From positions 77,387 to 141,386 of the forward strand of contig CAZTCH010000001.1 of assembly GCA_964612745.1 (NCBI GenBank): DNA of 64,000 bases, written 5' to 3'. This document shows positions 1-8,520 of the stretch, one piece after another. The translations under genes were made by a program, and so were the position numbers. Each line of letters opens with the position of its first letter. Positions within the stretch are counted from its first letter, which is position 1. Source of the stretch: an uncultured Candidatus Saccharibacteria bacterium (GTDB lineage Bacteria; Patescibacteriota; Doudnabacteria; UBA920). The notes beneath the pieces are model-generated. The model had not been told where the DNA came from. It made no database searches and saw only the letters and a program-made list of their open reading frames with translations.

Positions 1-22
1 CGAACAAGAGCTTGGTGTTATA

Positions 23-304
23 TTGTATCAAATTATTTTTTTTGTGTTACAAGGAGTCTATGTATTAATCACATTCTTTACTCCAGTAAAAAATAAAATA
101 AAAAAAATCTGGTATAGAGTATTACTTTTTGCAGCATTTCTTATGTATGCTTCATTTGTGGGTTGGTTTAATATAGCAACTGCTGGTTTTGGCATTTTAT
201 TGTTTATTCCATCTGTCTGTGTTTTTTCTGGTTTGTTATGGCTAGGGTATGTAATAGAACTGGTGCGACCTAATCAAAATGTTAGTATGTCTGAAGTTAA
301 ATAG
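23..304 (+). CDS. Hypothetical membrane protein, probably 5'-truncated by the window edge
   Basis: Hydrophobic ORF ending 2 nt before the next gene; AT-rich. Confidence 0.5.
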   Translation: MYQIIFFVLQGVYVLITFFTPVKNKIKKIWYRVLLFAAFLMYASFVGWFNIATAGFGILLFIPSVCVFSGLLWLGYVIELVRPNQNVSMSEVK

Positions 305-306
305 TT

Positions 307-1884
307 ATGTATGACCTTTTAATAAAAAAAGCGACAGTGGTTGACGGGAGTGGCCAAGCAAGTTTTGTGGCTGATGTTGCCGTGAGTGGTGACGAGATTG
401 TGCAGATCGCTCCAAATATTTCTGCTCGCGCGGTGCAGGTTATTGAAGCCGAAGGACTGGTGCTCACTCCTGGGTTTGTAGATGTACAAAATCATAGTGA
501 TAGCTTCTGGAATTTGTTCGACACCCCAGGGTTAGATAGTTTAGTGCTCCAAGGCTATACTAGTGCGCTGGTGGGGCAGTGTGGGACGAGTCTTGCGCCG
601 TTGCTCAGTCCTGCGGCACTCCGTTCGTCTCAAAAGTGGCATGCTTTGTCGGGGAGTAACTTTAACTGGGATAGCTTTGCAGATTTTGCTAAGCATTTTT
701 CCAAGTCTCATTTTGGGATTAACATTGGGAGTCTCGTGGGGTACAGCACGCTGCGCCGAGGGTTACTGTTGGATTCGCAGCGTACGTTGACTCCGCAGGA
801 AGGCGAAGTGCTCAATACAGCACTTCACCGAGCGTTAGACGAAGGCGCCTTCGGTGTTTCCAGTGGGTTGTCGTATACCCACGAAGCCAGTGTGAGTGAA
901 CTGGAACTTTTTGAACTTGCTCGTTCTGCACAGGCGCACGACGCATTATTTTCCATACATTTAAAAAGCGAAGGGTCGGGTGTTGTACGAGAAGTACGAG
1001 AAATGTTGGAAATAGCAGAGCGCTCTGGAGTGAGACTCAAGATTTCGCATTTAAAAATTCGGGGTAAACAAAATTGGCACCAGTTAGAAGAAGTGCTAAG
1101 CGAAATAGAGAACGCAGTGCACCGCGGGTTGGACATTACGTTTGATGTGTACCCGTACCCAACAACGTGGAAACCCCTTTATACCTACTTGCCATCGTGG
1201 GCTACTTTGGGTGGGCGCGAAGAGATGCTTCGGGCGTTGGCTGATCCTACGCAATACAGAAAAGTGTTGGCGCATTTACACGATACGCAACACCGGTACC
1301 AAGATATGATTGTGGCTTCGACGAGCTATCCTATGCGTGTTGTTTCGAAAACATTTGGTCAGATTGCAAAAGGGTTGGGTGTGTCGAGCGAAGAAGCAAT
1401 ATTGGAAGTGTTAAAAAATGGTGGATCAGAAATATTGGTACTCGACCATTGTCTGCACGAAGAGCATGTGGACAGCTTGCTTTCGCACCCATTGTCCATG
1501 GTAGCAACCGACGGTGGTGGGTTTGCAGAACGCGCTTCTGTCGGTAGACAAGAAAAACTCGTGCACCCTCGTTGCTACGGTACCAGCGCACAGTTTTTGG
1601 GCCGCATGAAAACTACAAAGCTACTCACACTGGAAGCTGCTATTGCAAAGTTGACTGGTATGCCAGCCCGCACGTGGGGTTTGGCGGATCGTGGGGTAAT
1701 TGCTATTGGTGCGAAAGCAGATTTAGTGCTTTTGAATCCATTGCACGTGTACGACAAAGCAACATTGGCCGATCCATTTCAGTCTCCTGCAGGTGTGGTG
1801 CATGTGTGGGTCAATGGAGCGCATGCGGTAAAAGATGGAGCTTTGACTGGAGTCCGGTCTGGTAATTTCTTACGGAAAGGGTAA
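307..1884 (+). CDS. N-acyl-D-amino-acid deacylase family amidohydrolase
   Basis: N-terminal DLLIK..TVVDGSG, PGFVDVQNHSD, GQCGTS, HPRCYGT and GAKADLV motifs. Confidence 0.9.
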   Translation: MYDLLIKKATVVDGSGQASFVADVAVSGDEIVQIAPNISARAVQVIEAEGLVLTPGFVDVQNHSDSFWNLFDTPGLDSLVLQGYTSALVGQCGTSLAPLLSPAALRSSQKWHALSGSNFNWDSFADFAKHFSKSHFGINIGSLVGYSTLRRGLLLDSQRTLTPQEGEVLNTALHRALDEGAFGVSSGLSYTHEASVSELELFELARSAQAHDALFSIHLKSEGSGVVREVREMLEIAERSGVRLKISHLKIRGKQNWHQLEEVLSEIENAVHRGLDITFDVYPYPTTWKPLYTYLPSWATLGGREEMLRALADPTQYRKVLAHLHDTQHRYQDMIVASTSYPMRVVSKTFGQIAKGLGVSSEEAILEVLKNGGSEILVLDHCLHEEHVDSLLSHPLSMVATDGGGFAERASVGRQEKLVHPRCYGTSAQFLGRMKTTKLLTLEAAIAKLTGMPARTWGLADRGVIAIGAKADLVLLNPLHVYDKATLADPFQSPAGVVHVWVNGAHAVKDGALTGVRSGNFLRKG

Positions 1885-3323
1885 TGCATATGCAGTATAC
1901 AGATTCGCTGGTTGGAAAACATATTGGCATTGTTGGTTTTGGAAAAGAAGGTCAGGCAGTAGCACAATTTTTGCTGACTGCTGGTTTGACTGCGCACATT
2001 TTTGACGCAAAACAAGCAGCAGATTTTTCTGCTGAGCTGGTGGCGCGTTACCAAACTGCTGGGTTTACTTTTGTGTTCGGACATGACTTCTCAGACTTTG
2101 GTTCTTTGGATTGCATCTTTCGGAGCCCGGGGGTGCCGTTGGTAACAGCTGGGCTTGTACAGGCGCAAGCTCGTGGTTGTGAAATAACCAGTCAGACAAA
2201 GTTCTTTTTTAAGCACACTCCAGCAAAAATTATTGGGGTTACCGGTACAAAAGGTAAGGGGACAACTACTAGTCTTATTTATGCTTTACTCAGGCAAGCG
2301 GTAGAGTTGGGGCTACCACAAAACATTGTGGGACAGAGTGGTTCGGTTTTTCTGACTGGCAACATTGGCAAAGAAGACCCGCTGGCTTTATTGCCTACGC
2401 TTACAGAACGAGATGTTGTCGTGTTTGAAATGTCTAGTTTCCAGTTGGAAGATTTGGAGCAGAGTCCACACATTGGTGTGTGTTTAATGGTTACCAGTGA
2501 CCATTTGGACCACCATGCAAATCTTACTGAATACCACGCAGCAAAAGAAGCAATAGCAAAGTTCCAAACTCCTGCGGATACGTTACTATTTTGCGATGAC
2601 TACCCAGCGACCAAAGCGATTGGTGCTCTGGGCGCGGGGAAGAAATACGCTTTTTCCCGAACACACTCGTTACCTGAAGGCGCGTATGCACAAGGTCAAG
2701 AATTGTTTGTGCAGACTGCACAAGGTGCTCTGCATCTTGCAGTGGCCAAGCGACAATTGCGCGGTGATCACAACTTAGAAAATTTATTGGCTGCAGCGCT
2801 TGTCGGATCTGTGGTTGGGCTGCCTGAGTCACACATCAACTCGGTACTGACAGAGTTTAAAGGATTAGAGCATCGTTTGGAATATGTGGGAACATTTGCC
2901 GATGTCTCTTTTTATAACGACTCAATTGCCACTGTGCCCGAAAGTGCGATTGCTGCAGTGCGTTCGTTTCATGAGCCGATCGTGCTTATACTGGGCGGTT
3001 CGGATAAGGGCGCAGATTTTACGGGGTTAGCCACAGAAATTGCTGCGAAACCGAATGTAAAAGCAATCATAGTAGTTGGGCAAACCACCAATCAGATCGC
3101 TACTGCATTGGAAGCAGCTACTGTACCCACGGAACGTGTCTTTCGTGGAGCAGAAAACATGGGAGAGATATTTGCGCAGATAGCGAGTGTGGCATCTGCG
3201 GGCGATGTTGTGTTGCTCAGTCCCGCATGTGCATCGTTTGGTATGTTCCAAAGCTATGCAGATAGAGGACAGCAGTTCCGGTTGCACGCACAAAATTTTA
3301 AGCGACAAGACCATACAGCTTAG
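1884..3323 (+). CDS. murD: UDP-N-acetylmuramoyl-L-alanine--D-glutamate ligase
   Basis: GVTGTKGKGTTT P-loop, EMSSFQL, DHLDHH, HRLE, NDSIAT, LLSPACASF. Confidence 0.95.
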   Translation: MHMQYTDSLVGKHIGIVGFGKEGQAVAQFLLTAGLTAHIFDAKQAADFSAELVARYQTAGFTFVFGHDFSDFGSLDCIFRSPGVPLVTAGLVQAQARGCEITSQTKFFFKHTPAKIIGVTGTKGKGTTTSLIYALLRQAVELGLPQNIVGQSGSVFLTGNIGKEDPLALLPTLTERDVVVFEMSSFQLEDLEQSPHIGVCLMVTSDHLDHHANLTEYHAAKEAIAKFQTPADTLLFCDDYPATKAIGALGAGKKYAFSRTHSLPEGAYAQGQELFVQTAQGALHLAVAKRQLRGDHNLENLLAAALVGSVVGLPESHINSVLTEFKGLEHRLEYVGTFADVSFYNDSIATVPESAIAAVRSFHEPIVLILGGSDKGADFTGLATEIAAKPNVKAIIVVGQTTNQIATALEAATVPTERVFRGAENMGEIFAQIASVASAGDVVLLSPACASFGMFQSYADRGQQFRLHAQNFKRQDHTA

Positions 3324-3328
3324 TTCAC

Positions 3329-4465
3329 ATGGAAAAAAGAAAATTTTCAGATTTTTTTATAAACAAAAAGGGAAAGGTAGATGTAGCGTTAGCACTGGTA
3401 GTGGCGCTGTTGTTTGTGGTGGGCATGATCATGCTCTACTCCGCATCTACTGTTGAGTCGTTAGAGCGTTTTGGCAGTACGACACATTTTGTAAAGAACC
3501 AGTTATTGCAAGGAGGGCTTGTGGGGCTGGTGGCACTCTATATTTGCAGCAAAATGGATTATCGTATTTGGCAACGACTCGTCCCACTTGCGCTGGTGGG
3601 GAGTGTTATCCTGCTGCTATTGGTAAAAGTGCCAGGGGTTGGTTTTTCTGCGGGTGGTGCAAGTCGGTGGATTCATATTGGTCCATTATTTTTGCAGCCG
3701 GCAGAACTGGCAAAGCTTGCCATTGTAATTTATGGTGCTTCGTGGATGGCAAATAAGCGCCAGCAACTCCATCAGTTCATGGCTGGGGTGTTTCCAATGC
3801 TCGTGGTGGTTGGGTTGCTTTCGGTGCTTATTTTGTGGCAACCAGATTTTGGGACAATGTTGGTGTTGCTGGGCACAGCGTTTTTGATGCTGATTGCTGC
3901 AGGCACGCCATGGAAATGGCTTGGGGCAGTGGTGGGGGCTGGTACGCTGGTGTTGTTGCTCCTGATTTGGTTAGAACCGTACCGCGCTGCTCGGTTGTTT
4001 ACTTTTTTAAACCCACAACATGATCCTTCGGGGGCTGGGTACCAAGTGAACCAATCACTCCTTGCCGTTGGTTCTGGTGGTGTGTGGGGGTTGGGATATG
4101 GACAGTCTCGACAGAAGCATAATTTTTTACCAGAAGTCCTTGGTGACTCTATATTTCCGGTTATTGCAGAAGAGTTGGGGTATGTGCGTGTATTAGGTTT
4201 GCTGGGATTATTTGTTGCATTTTTATTGCGTGGCTTCCGAGTTGCTGCAGCAGCGCCAGACCAGTTTGGGAGATTACTTGCCGCAGGGCTTACTTCCATG
4301 ATACTGATTCAAGCGTTTATTAACATTGGGGCGAGCATTGGCTTGTTGCCGCTCACTGGAATCCCGCTTCCATTTTTTAGCTATGGGAGTAGTTCACTTA
4401 TTGTGACAATGGCTGCGTGCGGTATATTGCTGCAGATAAGTCGCCACGTAAGGGTAAGCTCGTAA
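3329..4465 (+). CDS. ftsW: SEDS-family peptidoglycan polymerase FtsW
   Basis: GASRWI, QPAELAK, QPDFGT, IAEELG, GIPLPFFSYGSSS; follows murD. Confidence 0.92.
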   Translation: MEKRKFSDFFINKKGKVDVALALVVALLFVVGMIMLYSASTVESLERFGSTTHFVKNQLLQGGLVGLVALYICSKMDYRIWQRLVPLALVGSVILLLLVKVPGVGFSAGGASRWIHIGPLFLQPAELAKLAIVIYGASWMANKRQQLHQFMAGVFPMLVVVGLLSVLILWQPDFGTMLVLLGTAFLMLIAAGTPWKWLGAVVGAGTLVLLLLIWLEPYRAARLFTFLNPQHDPSGAGYQVNQSLLAVGSGGVWGLGYGQSRQKHNFLPEVLGDSIFPVIAEELGYVRVLGLLGLFVAFLLRGFRVAAAAPDQFGRLLAAGLTSMILIQAFINIGASIGLLPLTGIPLPFFSYGSSSLIVTMAACGILLQISRHVRVSS

Positions 4466-4466
4466 T

Positions 4467-6623
4467 ATGAGATTATTTAAAAAACATACTGCAGAGGTGC
4501 GATTGCCTGGTGGACGGAGTATGGGGGCTGATACTCGCGGGTTTTGGCGCAATCTCTTCCGTATGTTTTTTTCTCTGTGCTATGCCGTGGGTGTGGCGGT
4601 AGTTTCTATTCCGAAGTTTTTTGGTTTCGCACTCGAACGAGTATGGCTTGGGTTTGTGTCTGATGTTGGACGCACAGTCGCAAGTGTGGGAAGTCGTGGG
4701 ACAAAGTTGCTTGCGCGCTCTACGGTGTTTAATATTGTTTTTCTGTTTTTGTTTGCGGTGGTCTGGGTGTTTGGATTGCAAGCAGTTTCACTCTTTGCCG
4801 AAGGGTTGGGTCTGCAGCGGGTGGTAGTAGGTCAAGCGGAAACTGCACTTGAGTCACTTGCACAAGGGACAGATAAGTTATCGCAAGAAGAATATGCAGC
4901 AGCAGGAGCTCGTTTCGCTACAGCGGTACAGAAGTTTGGGAGCGCGCAGCAGGTGCTCGCCGAATCGAATGCGTTGGTCAGGGCTCTGCTCGACGTAACA
5001 CCGCAAGGAAAAGATGCGCAGCGATTGTTGCGTGCTGGTGAGCAGGGGAGTCAGGCAGCAAAACAGTTTGGTGATTTTTTATCTACCTTAAAACAAATTT
5101 CTTTTGGGTCTACTGGTTTGGAATTGCGTAACCCTCAGGTTACCGTTGCATATGCTGGCGCACAGTTTCGTGTGCTCAGGGAGCAAGTTGACGCTGCACT
5201 TGCGCTTGTTAGGGAAGTAGACCCAGCGCATGTACCAGATAAATATGCGGACAGACTTGCAAGTGTGCAAAAACAAGTCTTGGGGCTCAAGACTTCGCTT
5301 GCGACTGTGGCGAATGCATTTTCGGTACTTGAGTATGCGGCAACGGGGAATAAAGAGCTGCTCGTATTGCTCCAAAATAGCAACGAGCTCCGCCCGAGCG
5401 GAGGCTTTATTGGGACGTATGGTGCTTTTACTGTGCAAGATGGGGTTATTCTGAATCAAACGGTGAGTAGTATTTATGACATAGACGGTCAACTGCGCAC
5501 AGTCTATGAACCACCACTTCCTATTCGAGCGGTGAATCCTCGTTGGTATATTCGTGACGCGAATTGGTTTGCTTCGTTTCCCGAGTCTGCGCGGGCGGTT
5601 TCGGAAATGTACACCGAGGTGACCCAACGTGCGCCCGATTTAGTTATGGCAATTACTCCAGCACTTGTTGTGCGTGCGCTTGAGCTGACGGGGCCAGTAG
5701 TTGTTCCGGGGTATACGACTCCACTGACTGCAGAAAATTTTGTAGAAGTCACACAAGTAGAGACTTCGGTTACGTATGACCGAACAGAAAATAAGCCAAA
5801 GAAAATGTTGTCAGAGTTCCTCCCTATTTTTTTGGAGCGACTGTCTGCAGTGGTGCAAGAAGAGCCGCTGGCAGTTTTGCAAGTGCTGGTCTCTTCGGTT
5901 GCTGCAAAAGATGTACAACTGTATTCACCAAATACGACAGTACAAGCACAGGTACGAGCGCTGGCATGGTCAGGTGAAATAGTAGAGACGGCACGAGACT
6001 ACTTCAGTATAGTTTCTGCAAATTTAGGTGGGACAAAAACAGATTTAGAGCTTGAACAAAGTGCGGTTTTGCACAGTGCCATAGATGCAAGTGGTGCTGT
6101 GGTCAATACGTTGACTCTTCGGCGGGCTAATCCATTGCCAGATAAAAAGGGGTTGGAGAACAAATCTTTTGTTCGGGTGTTGGTTCCATTGGGGAGCACG
6201 CTGCTTTCGAGTAAAGGTTTTAGCGAGGTTGTGTTAGATGAACCAAAGGAACGCGATGGCGTAGTGCACCCACAAGCACAGAGTTGGCAAAAAGCTGCGG
6301 TGCAACAGACTGCCGATGGTACCATAATTGGAGTTGAGGCAGGGAAGACTTATTTTGGCAATTGGATAGTTTTGTCCGGTGGGCAAACAGCGCGGGTGGA
6401 ATTGTCATGGCGGTTGCCGTACACGCTCTCTGCGCTTGATCGTCAAAGTTTGACTGTGCAAAAGCAGTCTGGTGCGGTAGGCTACTCTTTTCAATATAAG
6501 CTAGAGTTCCCACAGCGGCGGGTGTTGTGGTCGACACAAGATGGTATATCCACTTCCTTTGGATTAGAAAAAGAATGGCAAGTTACTACAGATAGTTTTT
6601 TTGGTGTAGTATTGAGTAAGTAA
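4467..6623 (+). CDS. DUF4012 domain-containing membrane-anchored protein
   Basis: LLQNSNELRPSGGFIG and RDANWFASFPESA motifs typical of DUF4012. Confidence 0.85.
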   Translation: MRLFKKHTAEVRLPGGRSMGADTRGFWRNLFRMFFSLCYAVGVAVVSIPKFFGFALERVWLGFVSDVGRTVASVGSRGTKLLARSTVFNIVFLFLFAVVWVFGLQAVSLFAEGLGLQRVVVGQAETALESLAQGTDKLSQEEYAAAGARFATAVQKFGSAQQVLAESNALVRALLDVTPQGKDAQRLLRAGEQGSQAAKQFGDFLSTLKQISFGSTGLELRNPQVTVAYAGAQFRVLREQVDAALALVREVDPAHVPDKYADRLASVQKQVLGLKTSLATVANAFSVLEYAATGNKELLVLLQNSNELRPSGGFIGTYGAFTVQDGVILNQTVSSIYDIDGQLRTVYEPPLPIRAVNPRWYIRDANWFASFPESARAVSEMYTEVTQRAPDLVMAITPALVVRALELTGPVVVPGYTTPLTAENFVEVTQVETSVTYDRTENKPKKMLSEFLPIFLERLSAVVQEEPLAVLQVLVSSVAAKDVQLYSPNTTVQAQVRALAWSGEIVETARDYFSIVSANLGGTKTDLELEQSAVLHSAIDASGAVVNTLTLRRANPLPDKKGLENKSFVRVLVPLGSTLLSSKGFSEVVLDEPKERDGVVHPQAQSWQKAAVQQTADGTIIGVEAGKTYFGNWIVLSGGQTARVELSWRLPYTLSALDRQSLTVQKQSGAVGYSFQYKLEFPQRRVLWSTQDGISTSFGLEKEWQVTTDSFFGVVLSK

Positions 6624-6631
6624 GAGACGCT

Positions 6632-8248
6632 ATGCAAGAACAGAATACAAAAAAAGTTTCGCGGTGGGGTTCGTGGCTGCCTACAGTGTCTGGTGTGGGT
6701 GGTGCTGCTTTGGTGGTAGCACTTTTGACGTTACTTTCTCGAATCTCAGGGTTGATACGAGTGCGTATTTTTGCGAGCGAATTTGGTGCGGGTGAGGTGC
6801 TCGACATGTACTACGCGGGGTTTCGTATCCCAGATTTTTTGATGGGCGTGCTTATAGTGGGCACACTGTCTATTGCTGCTTTGCCTGTTATTTCACAAGC
6901 ACTCAAGAAGAGTGATGCAGAAGCGAGTAAACTCGTTTCGGTGTTACTCAATTATACTTTTTTGGGAATGGTTATTGTGTGCGCACTCGTTGCACTCGCT
7001 GCGCCATGGCTCGTGCGTTTAGTCGTGCCAGGGTTTACGGACGTGCAGTTAGTGCAGGTGGTGTTGCTGACTCGGATTATTTTAGTCGCACAAATCTTTT
7101 TGGCATTGGCAAATGTCATGTCAGCCACACTCAACTCGGTCAAGCGATTTTTTTGGGCTGGGTTTTCTCCGGTGTTGTATAACGCTGGGCTGATAGTGGG
7201 TGCGGTTTGGTTGTATCCTCGCTTTGGGATAGTTGGGTTAGGGTATGGAGTATTGCTGGGCGCAGTGGTGCACAGCACAGCGCAGTTAATAGATTTTTAT
7301 CGTGCGGGGTTTTCGGTTAATCCCAGCGCGTGGACATTGGGAACGTTGCGCGGGGTGGGGAAGTTGTACTTACCAAGGCTGTTTACGCTTGATTTGTCAC
7401 AAGTCATTTTAATTGTCGCGTCCGTAGTTGGTTCACACTTGGCAGCTGGTAGTATCTCTGTATTTACGTTAGGTTTTGATATCCAAGCGATGCCTGTGGG
7501 GGTGTTTGCGTTTGCGGTGGCGACGGCCTCGTTTCCGTATTTTGCCGAACATTACTCGAGCGCAGACGCGAGTGCGTTTATGCGTTTGTTGCGCGAAAGT
7601 ATAGTGCGCATATTGTTTTACATGACTCCTGTAGCAATTGCGCTCTTGTTGCTCCGTGCGCAAGCGGTGCGAATATTGTATGGTGCTGGTCAGTTTGGTT
7701 GGGACGACACCAGAGCAACATTCGAAGTGCTTGGTGTGCTGGCTTTTTCACTCATCGGACAGTCGCTCGTCCCGTTATTTTCCAGAGCATTGTTGGCGCG
7801 GCATAAGACGTGGACACCGGTCTTAGTTAATTTACTCTCTATGTGGATTGCTATTGTTGCTGGGTATGTCTTATCTGGGGCGCATGGCATAAATGGGGTT
7901 GCTGCAGCATATGTGATTGGTGTCTCTGTGAACGCTGCTGTGCTCTATGTCTTAGTGCGCAACTCGTTGCTCGAAGCAGCTGGCACGGAAGCAGCGGTAC
8001 ATGCAGAGGAGGGTAATACGTTGCAACTTATCGGAAAGGTGATTGTAGCTTCTGCAGGTTTTGCTGTTGCGCTCTATGGTGGGTTATATGCTGGATCCCT
8101 TGTGGTAAATACCCACACGTGGTTGGGGTTAGTGCTGCAAACAGCGATTGCTTCTTTCTGCGGTGGTTTGGTGTACCTGGTTATTGGCGCTACTTCTGGC
8201 CTGCCCGATGCAAAAGCACTCGTGGGAAAAGTTTTAAAAAGAGCATAA
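6632..8248 (+). CDS. murJ: Lipid II flippase MurJ/MviN
   Basis: SRISGLIRVR..FGAG..D.Y..FRIPD; many TM helices. Confidence 0.92.
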   Translation: MQEQNTKKVSRWGSWLPTVSGVGGAALVVALLTLLSRISGLIRVRIFASEFGAGEVLDMYYAGFRIPDFLMGVLIVGTLSIAALPVISQALKKSDAEASKLVSVLLNYTFLGMVIVCALVALAAPWLVRLVVPGFTDVQLVQVVLLTRIILVAQIFLALANVMSATLNSVKRFFWAGFSPVLYNAGLIVGAVWLYPRFGIVGLGYGVLLGAVVHSTAQLIDFYRAGFSVNPSAWTLGTLRGVGKLYLPRLFTLDLSQVILIVASVVGSHLAAGSISVFTLGFDIQAMPVGVFAFAVATASFPYFAEHYSSADASAFMRLLRESIVRILFYMTPVAIALLLLRAQAVRILYGAGQFGWDDTRATFEVLGVLAFSLIGQSLVPLFSRALLARHKTWTPVLVNLLSMWIAIVAGYVLSGAHGINGVAAAYVIGVSVNAAVLYVLVRNSLLEAAGTEAAVHAEEGNTLQLIGKVIVASAGFAVALYGGLYAGSLVVNTHTWLGLVLQTAIASFCGGLVYLVIGATSGLPDAKALVGKVLKRA

Positions 8249-8352
8249 GTATATGAAGCAAGTTTGCATAACGTTTTCTTAATTTTCAACTCGTTTGGAA
8301 ATTGCGCACGATGCATCGCGGCAGTTCATGCAGTCATAGGTCTTCTTGGTAT

Positions 8353-8386
8353 AGTCCAAAAGTAGACGGTCGTCTACTTTTGGACT
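8353..8386. repeat. Solo 34-bp near-perfect palindrome AGTCCAAAAGTAGACG-GT-CGTCTACTTTTGGACT
   Basis: 16-bp perfect arms; same length and GACGGYCGTC core as the palindromes at 50774 and 51377. Confidence 0.9.
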
Positions 8387-8425
8387 TTTGCGTTACTGGT
8401 GGCATGTGGGAATAGTGCTTAGAGA

Positions 8426-8469
8426 TTTATATGTTTGCATGTTTTTATGCTTGTATGGTTGCATGTTTT
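8426..8469 (+). repeat. Degenerate 8-mer tandem array (TTTATATG/TTTGCATG/TTTTTATG/CTTGTATG/GTTGCATG)
   Basis: Five units with period 8, read directly. Confidence 0.8.
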
Positions 8470-8485
8470 GCCTCGCGGTGTGCCT

Positions 8486-8514
8486 TGTGGATAAGGGTTT
8501 TGGCGTGGTAGAAT
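8486..8514 (+). promoter_or_regulatory. lepA promoter: extended -10 (TGGTAGAAT) with a consensus DnaA box (TGTGGATAA) over the -35 region
   Basis: TGTGGATAA at 8486-8494; TAGAAT at 8509-8514, 6 nt before the ATG. Confidence 0.55.
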
Positions 8515-8520
8515 ACTGCT

